Assembly (NCBI GenBank): GCA_964646765.1
Contig: CAZYIA010000001.1
Location: 217,339-272,104 of the forward strand
Length of the DNA stretch: 54,766 nucleotides
Source of the DNA: an uncultured Candidatus Saccharibacteria bacterium
GTDB lineage: Bacteria; Patescibacteriota; Minisyncoccia; Phycocordibacterales; UBA9973
Reading direction: 5' to 3'
The notes under the pieces are model-generated. The model ran no database searches, was not told the DNA's origin, and saw nothing but the letters and a program-made list of their open reading frames with translations. Every line of letters starts with the position of its first letter. Within the stretch, counting starts at the first letter, position 1. Shown piece by piece: positions 9,906 through 18,820 of the stretch. A program made the translations under genes and the position numbers.

Positions 9906-9995
9906 ACTAACGAAGTTACCTGATAAGAATGAAGGATTAATGAAGGCATGCGCCTTGGTTCCCAGTGTAGCAGTTAAGGAAAATTTTGAAAGCTG

Positions 9996-11741
9996 TTAGC
10001 TCACCTCCTTCTGGTAGCATGATTCGCAGTAAATTCGTTCTGGTCGCTCTGGAGCATAAGAAGTTTCAAATTCATTTAGACACTTTCCCTGATGGTTATG
10101 CTTCGATTCCTCGCACATGCACGAGCGATGCCAAAGCTTCATTGGATTTCGTTCCTTTAGACGATTATAGTGGCGGCAGTTGTAGCAAAATTGCGGAAGA
10201 GGTACATCCAGTTTTTTATACAGTTCTATTTCTTGAGGAACTAATCGGAATGCAGTTGTGCAGCCAGTAACCGAATTTCCTTTTCCCCGACATTCGATAA
10301 CTTCATTGAGTATTGAAGCTGGTATATCTCGAATTGTTTCTGGAATAGAATCGGTTGGCATTGTAATTTGATAGTTTCTTTCACTCGGTTCACGCCAGCC
10401 AAAACCACGTTCGAGAGCTTCTTCTTTTGTGAGTGGATAATATTCTTGAGCGATAGTTTCGTTATAGAAAAAGGGTGAAGTATCATGAGGAAAAAATTCG
10501 CCATAAGAAAAAATTCTGCCGACACTATCTATATACGGCATAGTTTTCATATGCTCTATGATTTTTGGAATCAGTATTTCATACTCCTCTTTTGAATATT
10601 GCCTGTTCAAAATACAATATTCTTTATTACGAAGTCCATAGCAGCCAAAAAGATGGGATGAGCCATGACAATTTATAGAGTACCTCACATCAAACGAACC
10701 ATAGACAATAGAACTAAAGAATGTAGAGGAACTCATATTATCAACTACTTCGTATAGTAATTCCCCACCCGACATACCAACGCCAGGGCCAGCATCGTAC
10801 GAATCTTTCATTCGTAGTCCCCAAAAACAGTTTTTAAGGTCCTCAGCTTCTTGAAAGTCGAAGGTATTTTTTGATCGAGTTACCCCAACAAGGTTATCTC
10901 CGGTGGAACCTTCAGCTTTAATATTGTTTGCATATTTATAAAACTGAGTTGAGCAAAACTTTTCAAATTCCTTTTGAAATTTCTCAATTCCAGCTCGTGT
11001 ATGGAGCGCATACTCTTTTTTCTTTGCCTCGTATTCTTCTTTTGTATACTGAACGTTAAAAATACGCCGTGAAGCATTCCGGAGGTTTATACATCCAATG
11101 CATTCGGTACAATTTTTACAGTTAGAAAGAAACCGTGAATCACTGCATTCTTGCGAGTTAAATGAAAAAGCCGTTCGGTAGCATTTTGTACAGTTAACTA
11201 GTTCGTAGGAAAGTTCATTTTGAAAGCCAATGTATAAATCTCCCGACTGACGGTTCTCAACAACACGATTACTAAAGAGAGTATCTTCATTATGTTCAGA
11301 TCCAGAAACCATATGGCAGGCTTTATCTCCTTCTGAAACATTACAGTAGGTGCAATTCACCAGATTAGTTACCGAAAGACCAACTTGAGGCACACTTCGA
11401 TATAGTTCTTTAAACTGAACAAAAAATGGCTTTGAGAAATCATAAACATGACCATAAGAGAACGGATCCCAGGAGTCACTCCACCAGGAGCGGTCATCAT
11501 AAGCGGTAACTTTTGACTCAGGGTGAAAAATGGAAATCATCTGCTCGTTTTCATGGCCTGGAGCAGCATTTAATCTCTTATACAATGTTCGTTCGTTACG
11601 AAACATCATTCGTCGCTGTGATCGGCAATCGAAACAAAAAGTAGGTGGTGGAACTTTTATTTTATTGTAGAAATCAAAATCTTCAGGATCAATAGTAAAT
11701 TCCTTTTTACAGCTCTGACATTGTCGTGTGCTGCTTTCCAT
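9996..11741 (-). CDS. Cys-rich zinc-ribbon repeat protein, paralog 5
   Basis: 581 aa; same architecture; starts 5 nt after the rplI stop. Confidence 0.85.
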   Translation of the reverse strand: MESSTRQCQSCKKEFTIDPEDFDFYNKIKVPPPTFCFDCRSQRRMMFRNERTLYKRLNAAPGHENEQMISIFHPESKVTAYDDRSWWSDSWDPFSYGHVYDFSKPFFVQFKELYRSVPQVGLSVTNLVNCTYCNVSEGDKACHMVSGSEHNEDTLFSNRVVENRQSGDLYIGFQNELSYELVNCTKCYRTAFSFNSQECSDSRFLSNCKNCTECIGCINLRNASRRIFNVQYTKEEYEAKKKEYALHTRAGIEKFQKEFEKFCSTQFYKYANNIKAEGSTGDNLVGVTRSKNTFDFQEAEDLKNCFWGLRMKDSYDAGPGVGMSGGELLYEVVDNMSSSTFFSSIVYGSFDVRYSINCHGSSHLFGCYGLRNKEYCILNRQYSKEEYEILIPKIIEHMKTMPYIDSVGRIFSYGEFFPHDTSPFFYNETIAQEYYPLTKEEALERGFGWREPSERNYQITMPTDSIPETIRDIPASILNEVIECRGKGNSVTGCTTAFRLVPQEIELYKKLDVPLPQFCYNCRHYNRLKERNPMKLWHRSCMCEESKHNHQGKCLNEFETSYAPERPERIYCESCYQKEVS

Positions 11742-11746
11742 AACAC

Positions 11747-12196
11747 TTATTGTCCGAGAATTTTTACAGTGAATGCTGCTTTCGGTAAGTTATGAATACC
11801 ACCGAGTTCAACAGTATGTTCACCTGTTTTTTTGAGGTGTTCACGAAGATGAATAACTTCGGTTGGAAGTGCAATACCTTCATCTGTACGAATTGCTGCC
11901 TTGAGATCTTCAGAAGTTATACCAGCAAAGAGTGAACCTGAGGAATTTACTTTTCTGGTTAACGTAATAGTTTTACCATCAAGCTTTTTAATTTCTCGAG
12001 CTAAAAGTTCAGCCCGAAGATGCTTCTCGCTTTCTTCGTATTCTTTCGCCTTTTCGATAAGAGCAACTCGAGTTGGAGTCGCTAACTCAGCAAGTTTTTT
12101 TGGGAAAAGAAAGTTCTGGGCATATCCTTCGGAAACCTCTTTAACTTCACCTGTTCGGCCAATTTTGGCAACATTTTGGAGCAGTAATACCTTCAT
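11747..12196 (-). CDS. rplI: 50S ribosomal protein L9
   Basis: MKVLLLQNV..IG..GEV.EV..GYA.NFL.P and GSLFAGIT motifs. Confidence 0.97.
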   Translation of the reverse strand: MKVLLLQNVAKIGRTGEVKEVSEGYAQNFLFPKKLAELATPTRVALIEKAKEYEESEKHLRAELLAREIKKLDGKTITLTRKVNSSGSLFAGITSEDLKAAIRTDEGIALPTEVIHLREHLKKTGEHTVELGGIHNLPKAAFTVKILGQ

Positions 12197-12259
12197 ATCG
12201 GTAAACTATAGCACGTTAAAATATAAGGCCAAATGACCTTTTTAGAGAAACTTTAGAGA

Positions 12260-13486
12260 TTATTTTCCGGTCTTTAGATATTCAATAGCGCGCTCAAGAG
12301 CAACGTCGCGCTTTGCTTCAAAGTCGGCCTTAGTTGGTTTTACAACAATGTCAGGTGTGAGACCTTTTTCAGAGATTGAAATTCCTTTTGGTGTAAGCCA
12401 TTTTGCAATAGTTAGCTTCAATGAAGTGTCTGGAGTAACTTCGATAACTTTTTGGACTGAACCTTTACCAAAAGTTTGTTCACCAATAAGTTTTGCGACA
12501 CCTTGCTCTGAAAGTGCGCCAGCTAAAATTTCTGAAGCTGAAGCCGAACCACCATCAACGAGTACAGCCATTTTGAAATCTTTACTTGGCACACCGTAGC
12601 CATAACTACGATGAATTTCTTGTTCTTTTCCCTTTCCATAATCTTCAATCACAATTGGTGATCCTTGTGGAATGAAGTAACTTGCAATATCAATAGCGCT
12701 ATCAAGAAAACCACCAGGATTGCCACGGAGGTCAAGAATAAGTTTTGAGGCACCACTATTAGAAAACTTCTGGAGTTCTTTGCGAAATGCGTCAGAAGAG
12801 TTTGCATTGAAACTATAGAGGCTAATGATGTAGATACCGTCACTTCGAAGTTCACCGTCAATAACCGGAACATCAATTTTTTGGCGAGTAATGTTGAATT
12901 CGAGAGCTTCAGGTTCTCCTTCTCGATACATTGAAAGTTTTACGGTTGTTCCTGGTTCACCACGAATAAGGTCTACGGCTTTATCAGTCGAGAGATCAGT
13001 CGCTGGCTTGTCGTTAATCTTTAATACAATATCTCCAGAACGAATACCGGCTTTCTCAGCAGGAGTACCTTTGATTGGAGCAATAACAGTGAGTACATGA
13101 TCTTTCTGACCAACTTCCATACCAATACCACCGAAGGATCCTTCAATTTCTTCGTTGAAGCTTTTCGATTCTTCTGGAGAGAAAAATGTTGAATATGGAT
13201 CACCAAGAGCTGAAACCATACCCTGAATGGAACCCCATACGCGGTCTTGATCGGTAACTTTATCACCAAATGGATACTGGTCTTTGATGATATTCCAAGC
13301 TTTCCAGTACGGCTCAAAATCAGCCGTAGTTGCTGTTTCTGGCTCCTTATGTGACACGTTAGCAATACGCTCAATCCATGGGCGATGCTCGTAACCAACA
13401 TACAAACCAAGACCAAAAACAAGTCCGAGGACAAGGACAATGCCGAGCCATGACCACTTTGTTGATCTGCTGAATCTACTTTCCAT
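12260..13486 (-). CDS. S41 family carboxy-terminal processing protease (CtpA-like, PDZ domain)
   Basis: TM anchor, DPYS, GIG..V PDZ signature, DLRGNPGG, SASASE, TFGKG. Confidence 0.93.
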   Translation of the reverse strand: MESRFSRSTKWSWLGIVLVLGLVFGLGLYVGYEHRPWIERIANVSHKEPETATTADFEPYWKAWNIIKDQYPFGDKVTDQDRVWGSIQGMVSALGDPYSTFFSPEESKSFNEEIEGSFGGIGMEVGQKDHVLTVIAPIKGTPAEKAGIRSGDIVLKINDKPATDLSTDKAVDLIRGEPGTTVKLSMYREGEPEALEFNITRQKIDVPVIDGELRSDGIYIISLYSFNANSSDAFRKELQKFSNSGASKLILDLRGNPGGFLDSAIDIASYFIPQGSPIVIEDYGKGKEQEIHRSYGYGVPSKDFKMAVLVDGGSASASEILAGALSEQGVAKLIGEQTFGKGSVQKVIEVTPDTSLKLTIAKWLTPKGISISEKGLTPDIVVKPTKADFEAKRDVALERAIEYLKTGK

Positions 13487-13492
13487 GATTAG

Positions 13493-13723
13493 TTAGATAC
13501 TTGGAACCGAAGGAGTTTCTGGAGCTGCTTCTGTATATGTTTTTGTCTGCTCACCACGCGTCACCTTTTCTTTTTCAAAAAAACGATGGAGCTTGAAACC
13601 TGCATATATAAGAATCAGGCCAAAAATAGCAATAATAATAGACTTCCAACTACCTGGAAGACCTGAAATAGAGAGTAGGAGTGAAAGAATGCCGAGAGCT
13701 GAAACAGTTCGTGCGTATGACAT
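13493..13723 (-). CDS. Small two-TM membrane protein
   Basis: Two hydrophobic helices plus a charged tail; TGcTATACT 8 nt upstream of the ATG. Confidence 0.75.
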   Translation of the reverse strand: MSYARTVSALGILSLLLSISGLPGSWKSIIIAIFGLILIYAGFKLHRFFEKEKVTRGEQTKTYTEAAPETPSVPSI

Positions 13724-13796
13724 AGGTAACTAGTATAGCAAAGGCGCTATAGTGTGGCGAGCAGCCCATCGTTAGAAAATATAATGTGTCTTTTGT

Positions 13797-14507
13797 CTAC
13801 TTAGGTTCAACAATGACAACAAATTCCCCTCTTGTTTTTTCAGGTTTTCCCCCAAGAAGGATCGTAAGCTCTTCTGCTGTTCCCGACAAGACTTCTTCGT
13901 ACAACTTTGTTAATTCTCGAGCTAAGTGAATACGCGCTTGAGGTAAAACCTCGTGAAGTTCATGCAAGGCTTTTTCTATACGGTGCGTTGATTCATAAAA
14001 AACCACTGGTCGTGAGGAGCTCGCAATTTCTTTCATGAGAGTTTGTCGACCTTTCTTGTGTGGCAAAAAACCTAGGAAGGTAAACTCGTTTCCTGCTACT
14101 CCAGCAATTGAAAGAGCGGCAGTAAGAGCTGAGGCTCCTGGTATGGTTACTACACGAGCATCGTCTTTAAAGACATGCCGTACTTCTTGAACAAGAAGTA
14201 CTCCGGGGTCGGAAACTCCTGGTGTACCGGCGTCAGAAACAAGTGCGATGTTTTTCCCTTCTTCTAAAGCTTCGAGAACAAATTGATGCTTACCTTTCGT
14301 TGCATGTGCATTATAGGAAGACAACTTTTTGGCTTCGATATTGTGGTGTTTTAGGAGTTTACCAGTGGTTCGAGTGTCCTCACAAAGAATAATATCGACT
14401 TCACGAAGTACGCGAAGTGCCCGAAGCGTAATATCTTCCATGTTGCCAATAGGTGTGGCGACTACAAACAAAGTTCCGAGTTCTTGATTAGAATTTTGCG
14501 AAGACAT
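13797..14507 (-). CDS. rsmI: 16S rRNA C1402 2'-O-methyltransferase
   Basis: LFVVATPIGNMEDITLRA, CEDTR, LVSDAGTPGVSDPG, RELTK, RGEF; start moved to 14507. Confidence 0.95.
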   Translation of the reverse strand: MSSQNSNQELGTLFVVATPIGNMEDITLRALRVLREVDIILCEDTRTTGKLLKHHNIEAKKLSSYNAHATKGKHQFVLEALEEGKNIALVSDAGTPGVSDPGVLLVQEVRHVFKDDARVVTIPGASALTAALSIAGVAGNEFTFLGFLPHKKGRQTLMKEIASSSRPVVFYESTHRIEKALHELHEVLPQARIHLARELTKLYEEVLSGTAEELTILLGGKPEKTRGEFVVIVEPK

Positions 14508-14877
14508 ATGCAATAAAGAAGGAAACGATTGCGGTTGCAAATGTTCCCCAAAAAATATCTAAGGCAGCAAATTGGAACGGCCAATTAGCGATAGTTGCCA
14601 AATTAGTACCATCATAGACACCATACGTAATAAGTCCGAGTACAGCTCCAAGTCCAAGTGCAGCCAAAGGACTGACACCAACTTTAGCTGAAAAAACTGA
14701 GACTCCAAGACCTAAAAGAATATATACAAATAATGCAGGCGCTAAGTTAAATCGCATAGCTCCGATGGCTGGAGTAAGCAACTTTGCGTAGAGATTTTTA
14801 AATAACAGGCCAATCCAAAGAAAGTCTAGAATAGCAAAAGAAACTACCGCGATAATTGTTTTGTAGAAATACATCAT
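14488..14877 (-). CDS. DUF2177 family membrane protein
   Basis: LDFLW, YGVYDGTNLAT..WP....DI.WG motifs. Confidence 0.85.
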   Translation of the reverse strand: MMYFYKTIIAVVSFAILDFLWIGLLFKNLYAKLLTPAIGAMRFNLAPALFVYILLGLGVSVFSAKVGVSPLAALGLGAVLGLITYGVYDGTNLATIANWPFQFAALDIFWGTFATAIVSFFIAYVFAKF

Positions 14878-14898
14878 ATAGTGCCGAGTATAACAAAA

Positions 14899-14936
14899 AA
14901 CAGGTAGGAATGTACGTGTGTATATTCCTACCTGTT
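14899..14936 (-). terminator. Rho-independent terminator after the 14950..15354 gene
   Basis: Perfect 13-bp inverted repeat aacaggtaggaat/attcctacctgtt followed by a T tract on the minus strand. Confidence 0.8.
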
Positions 14937-14949
14937 CCCAGATACATGG

Positions 14950-15354
14950 TTATTGGTTAAAGCGCCTAACTGCTTCTACTAAAAAGGCATGTAGGTCGGT
15001 AACATTTACTTTTGAATAAGTAAACCAACCTAATTTTTTATCCCTACCTAAATGTAACTGGCGTTGTCCGGTTGGGTTACCACCAGCATCGTAATCGTAC
15101 AGCTTAATGAACACGCCCTGTTTTTCAGGTAAAAGCCAGAAATATATCCGGTTAAGCTTGTCATGGCGATAGTGCTGGGTTACTGAATTAGTTGCAGAAT
15201 CAAGCACATAGCCTGAAAAGGTATTGGCCAGGCTGTCCTGAAACGGAAATACTTGCACACTCGGTTGCGGTTGCTCAAGTTGTTGAGCATTTAAGAAATT
15301 TGGGAAGAAAAATAATAGCGCTGCAAAAGCAGTAGCAAAAATAAAACTTTTCAC
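14950..15354 (-). CDS. Hypothetical secreted protein
   Basis: 134-aa ORF with a signal-peptide-like N-terminus (GTG start), its own promoter and terminator. Confidence 0.7.
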   Translation of the reverse strand: MKSFIFATAFAALLFFFPNFLNAQQLEQPQPSVQVFPFQDSLANTFSGYVLDSATNSVTQHYRHDKLNRIYFWLLPEKQGVFIKLYDYDAGGNPTGQRQLHLGRDKKLGWFTYSKVNVTDLHAFLVEAVRRFNQ

Positions 15355-15397
15355 TGTTAGGATTATTTTGGTTTGGTTATAAAATAAGTGAGCGTAT

Positions 15398-15426
15398 ATA
15401 GTAAAACACTATTCTATTTATGTCAA
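15398..15426 (-). promoter_or_regulatory. Sigma70-type promoter
   Basis: TTGACA-17 nt-TACTAT. Confidence 0.65.
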
Positions 15427-15436
15427 ATTAAGGACG

Positions 15437-16498
15437 TTACCCTAATGAGACAATTTCTTCCCACGGTAAACCTTTTTTACCAAAGTGACCGTACGCAGCG
15501 GTTTGTTTAAAGATCGGTAGGCGGAGGCCGAGTCGTTCGATAATTGCTTGCGGGCGAAAATCAAAATGTTTAGTAACAATATCGTGAAGATTAATTCCCT
15601 CTTCGTTGTACGCAGTTACTTGTACTGGTTCTGCACGCCCAATGGCATAGGAAACTGAAACGAGTACTTGCTTACCATATCCTGCTGCTACTAAATTTTT
15701 TGCTGCAAAACGCGCCATATAGGCAGCAGAGCGATCAACTTTTGTGGCGTCTTTTCCAGAAAATGCGCCACCGCCATGGGGTGCTAATCCGCCATATGTA
15801 TCAACCATGATCTTTCGGCCAGTTAAGCCTGCGTCAGAAGCAAATCCACCAGTAACAAATGAACCTGTTGGATTTATAAAAATTGTTTCTGGCATCTCAT
15901 CACCTACTACTGGAGCGATAATTTTTTCTCGAATTGTTTGATTAATTTCTAGCTCAGAAATTTCTGGCTTATGTTGTGCTGAAACTACAATTGTAGAAAC
16001 TTTTCCATTCTCAATAGTTACTTGGGTTTTTCCGTCCGGCATAAGCCATGAAATTGCACCACTACGACGCGCTTCTTCGAGCTTACGTGCAAGCGCATGA
16101 GCAAATACTACTCCTTTCGGTAAAAATTCTTTTGTTTCATTCGTGGCAAAACCATACATGATACCCTGGTCGCCAGCGCCGCCAGTATCTACCCCTTGAG
16201 CAATTTCCGGTGCTTGTGTAGCAACACGAGTTATAACTTCGAGAGGATCACTGTAGCCAATTTCTTCGTACACTTTTTTACCTAATGCAGCATAATCAAC
16301 TGAGGCAGTACTAGTAACTTCTCCACCAATAACTAACAAACCATGACTACCAAAAGCTTCAACAGCTACGCGAGCCTTTGAATCTTTTTCTAAAAGAGCA
16401 TCTAAAATAGTATCTGAAATTTGATCGCAGACTTTATCTGGATGACCCGAGGTAACACTTTCAACTGTATAAGTGTCTTTAATAGTTTGATTAAACAT
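15437..16498 (-). CDS. metK: S-adenosylmethionine synthetase
   Basis: ESVTSGHPDKVCDQISD, GAGDQG, DAGLTGRKI.VDTYGG, HGGGAFSGKD.TKVDRS; start probably 16498 because the ATG at 16513 lies inside the leader hairpin. Confidence 0.97.
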   Translation of the reverse strand: MFNQTIKDTYTVESVTSGHPDKVCDQISDTILDALLEKDSKARVAVEAFGSHGLLVIGGEVTSTASVDYAALGKKVYEEIGYSDPLEVITRVATQAPEIAQGVDTGGAGDQGIMYGFATNETKEFLPKGVVFAHALARKLEEARRSGAISWLMPDGKTQVTIENGKVSTIVVSAQHKPEISELEINQTIREKIIAPVVGDEMPETIFINPTGSFVTGGFASDAGLTGRKIMVDTYGGLAPHGGGAFSGKDATKVDRSAAYMARFAAKNLVAAGYGKQVLVSVSYAIGRAEPVQVTAYNEEGINLHDIVTKHFDFRPQAIIERLGLRLPIFKQTAAYGHFGKKGLPWEEIVSLG

Positions 16499-16531
16499 AA
16501 AAATAACTCCCATAAGGGAGTTTACATAAAG

Positions 16532-16623
16532 GTATCCTTCCCATTCGGGCTGGGATTAGCACCTTGCATTTGCAGGTTGCCGACGGGTCATTGAGCCAGA
16601 ACTCTCGCCGCACTCTTGATAAT
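16532..16623 (-). promoter_or_regulatory. SAM-I (S-box) riboswitch
   Basis: Minus strand TTATCAAGAG..GGCGAGAGTTCTGGCTCAATGACCC.TCGGCAACC-hairpin-AGGTGCTAAT.CCAG-hairpin-GGATA matches the SAM-I consensus; lies directly upstream of metK. Confidence 0.88.
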
Positions 16624-16658
16624 TGGCTTTAAAGCCAATAAAAAAGTACCATAAAAAA

Positions 16659-16690
16659 TTGAACCGGGCAACATATGTTATCCGGTTCAA
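16659..16690 (-). terminator. Hairpin/terminator after the 16687..17274 gene
   Basis: Inverted repeat ttgaaccgg/ccggttcaa followed by T tract on the minus strand. Confidence 0.6.
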
Positions 16691-17274
16691 TCTGAAAATA
16701 CAATTTCGGTTATTAATCCTAATGGAATAGTCAGTTCGCGACCAACGAGACCTCGAGCTCCAATTTCATTGAAAATCGGCTCGATAACCTCTACCGTATG
16801 CAACTTTAGTATCATATGCATACTAATGATGTCTACACGACCTTTCTTATTATTTTTAAATACAAAATCCCATCTTTCTGCACCATATGCATAAATACTC
16901 ATGATGTCAGTAGGAGTAACATAGCCATCGTTAGTAATTGAGATTGACCGGAAGGAAATTCTCTCCATTCCTATGTTATATCTATCAGCGAGTACGACAG
17001 CATCGCTATTAAATTTTTGGTTAACGGCCATTGAATTCTCGCTATAGCAAGAGAATGGGTCAGCTCCGGCAACTAAAAATTTATTTTTCATGGTTTTGTA
17101 TCGGTGACCACAAGCTTCACAGTATAGTTCACTCTCTATTCCCGATTGGAATCCAAATTTTAGTTCAGGGTATATTTGTATGTATTCTTCTGTCAGTTTA
17201 TTGAACTGGTAGGCAATTTTTGCTCCCTGGCCAATTCCATGACCATGAAGCGACTCCATAGCAAAGTTCTTCAT
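16687..17274 (-). CDS. Hypothetical protein
   Basis: 195-aa ORF filling the gap between queA and metK; no family recognised. Confidence 0.6.
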   Translation of the reverse strand: MKNFAMESLHGHGIGQGAKIAYQFNKLTEEYIQIYPELKFGFQSGIESELYCEACGHRYKTMKNKFLVAGADPFSCYSENSMAVNQKFNSDAVVLADRYNIGMERISFRSISITNDGYVTPTDIMSIYAYGAERWDFVFKNNKKGRVDIISMHMILKLHTVEVIEPIFNEIGARGLVGRELTIPLGLITEIVFSD

Positions 17275-17317
17275 AGTCTTTTTCTTTTTAAAATAGCGTG
17301 AGGAGTAGAAAAGTCAA

Positions 17318-18370
17318 CTAGAGGATAAGCATTGCATCCCCAAAAGAGTAAAAACGAAACTGCTGCTCAATTGCTACCTTGTACAAGTCGAGAATTCTTT
17401 TATCGGCCTGTTTATACTGAAGAAAAGCATCAACCAGACACATAAGACTTGATTTCGGTACATGAAAGTTGGTGATCAATATATCAACAAGAGCAAAATT
17501 GTATGGTGGCATAATAAAAAGATCCGTGTCAGTTACAATATCCTGGTTTTCTAGAGTGATGATGTTTTGCGCGGTTGATTCAAGAGTTCGCACCACGGTA
17601 GTGCCAACAGCAATTATTGATTTCCCCTTTTCTTTTGCTTGATGAATCTTTTGAGCACTCTCAAACGGAACTACCGCGTGTTCGAAGTGGAGTTTCTTCT
17701 CTTTAATATTTTCCTCAGTAACTTTTGCAAAAGTTCCCATACCAACGTTGAGAGTTACTGTTGTTGTTTGGACACCCTTCTCTTTAAGTGCATCAAAAAC
17801 CTGCTCCGTAAAGTGAAGTGAAGCGGTTGGCGCAGCAACTGAGGCACCGTTTTTAGCAAAAATAGTTTGATATCTTTTACGTAATTCAATTTCTGTTTGA
17901 GTGTTTTGGGTTATATATGGCGGAATTGGTGTAGTGCCATATTCATAAAGAACCGTTTCGATCGAAGCGTCAAAATTTGGTTTTAAATAAAATATCTGCT
18001 CATCTTGGCGGGTAACTAAAAATTGTCGCTCTCCGAGAAAGAGCATTTTACCGATTGGAAGCGTTTTTTCAGCAATAACTTTTACTTCGCCTTTGGAAGT
18101 TGTCCCCTCATTAATAAGAATAAGACCAGAAATGAGTCCACCTGTTTCTTTTTTAAAAGCCACCCGAGCTGGAACAACCTTAGTATTATTAAGTACCATG
18201 AGTGAATCTTTAGGGAGAAACTCTACTATATCTTTGAATGTAGCGAACGATATTGTATTGGTTTTGGTATTGTAGACAAAAAGTCTCGCACTATCTCGAG
18301 GCTCTGCCAGAAATGAGGCAATGCGTTCCTTAGGTAAAACGTAATCGTAGGTATCAAGAAGACCGTTCAT
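17318..18370 (-). CDS. queA: tRNA preQ1(34) S-adenosylmethionine ribosyltransferase-isomerase
   Basis: YDYVLP.ERIA, NNTKVVPAR, PIPPYI, YQTIFA, AAPTASLHFT, AVGTTVVR.LE, TNFH.P.SSL, FYSFGDAMLI. Confidence 0.96.
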   Translation of the reverse strand: MNGLLDTYDYVLPKERIASFLAEPRDSARLFVYNTKTNTISFATFKDIVEFLPKDSLMVLNNTKVVPARVAFKKETGGLISGLILINEGTTSKGEVKVIAEKTLPIGKMLFLGERQFLVTRQDEQIFYLKPNFDASIETVLYEYGTTPIPPYITQNTQTEIELRKRYQTIFAKNGASVAAPTASLHFTEQVFDALKEKGVQTTTVTLNVGMGTFAKVTEENIKEKKLHFEHAVVPFESAQKIHQAKEKGKSIIAVGTTVVRTLESTAQNIITLENQDIVTDTDLFIMPPYNFALVDILITNFHVPKSSLMCLVDAFLQYKQADKRILDLYKVAIEQQFRFYSFGDAMLIL

Positions 18371-18818
18371 GGCTTTTCAAAATTTGATCTCGGGCTTCAT
18401 CTAAAAGTAACCGAACATTTTCATGGGTAAGTCGAGTTCGAGTTTCTTCGTAGGTTCCCCAGTGCATAGCAGTAATTTCTTCGGTAAATGCTAATGGGGT
18501 TACTGCTGTTTTATCAGGAACCACACCCAAATAAAAATATACTGTCTTATCGTGTGTTAAACCATCGTAATCTACAAAGCTATAGAAAGTTGAGAGTGGA
18601 ACCGTGCCCTCAAGTTTCGCATTGGTAATACCAGTTTCTTCTGCGAGTTCTCGAAGTGCTGCGCTTACTGCATCTTCTTCAGGATTTGGGTGACCCTTTG
18701 GAAAGCTGGTATGAGCATGTTCTTGGGTAACAACCAAAAACTCTGGCTCACTGTGTTCATTCCAAAAGTAAGGAATGACACCATAGCAGGTATCAATGAT
18801 GTGCGAGTCGTTTGCCAT
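18354..18818 (-). CDS. NUDIX hydrolase (Ap4A-hydrolase-like)
   Basis: FPKGH....E....AALRELAEETG Nudix box. Confidence 0.88.
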   Translation of the reverse strand: MANDSHIIDTCYGVIPYFWNEHSEPEFLVVTQEHAHTSFPKGHPNPEEDAVSAALRELAEETGITNAKLEGTVPLSTFYSFVDYDGLTHDKTVYFYLGVVPDKTAVTPLAFTEEITAMHWGTYEETRTRLTHENVRLLLDEARDQILKSHERSS

Positions 18819-18820
18819 AA

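Noticed and set aside
9902-9949. 15-codon uORF (MPSLILHSYQVTSLV) overlapping the cytochrome b5 start as ATGA
   Set aside because: Too short to judge; no RBS, no informative codon bias, no attenuator structure seen
156-11741. Paralog array as targets of a diversity-generating retroelement or as a recent amplification
   Set aside because: The 3' ends I compared differ at synonymous positions of all base types, not only adenines; no near-identical template repeat or reverse transcriptase is in the window
15437-18818. metK-orphan-queA-NUDIX as a dedicated SAM/queuosine operon
   Set aside because: QueA does use SAM, but a terminator-like hairpin and a separate riboswitch promoter split the genes, and tgt and the que biosynthesis genes are not in the window
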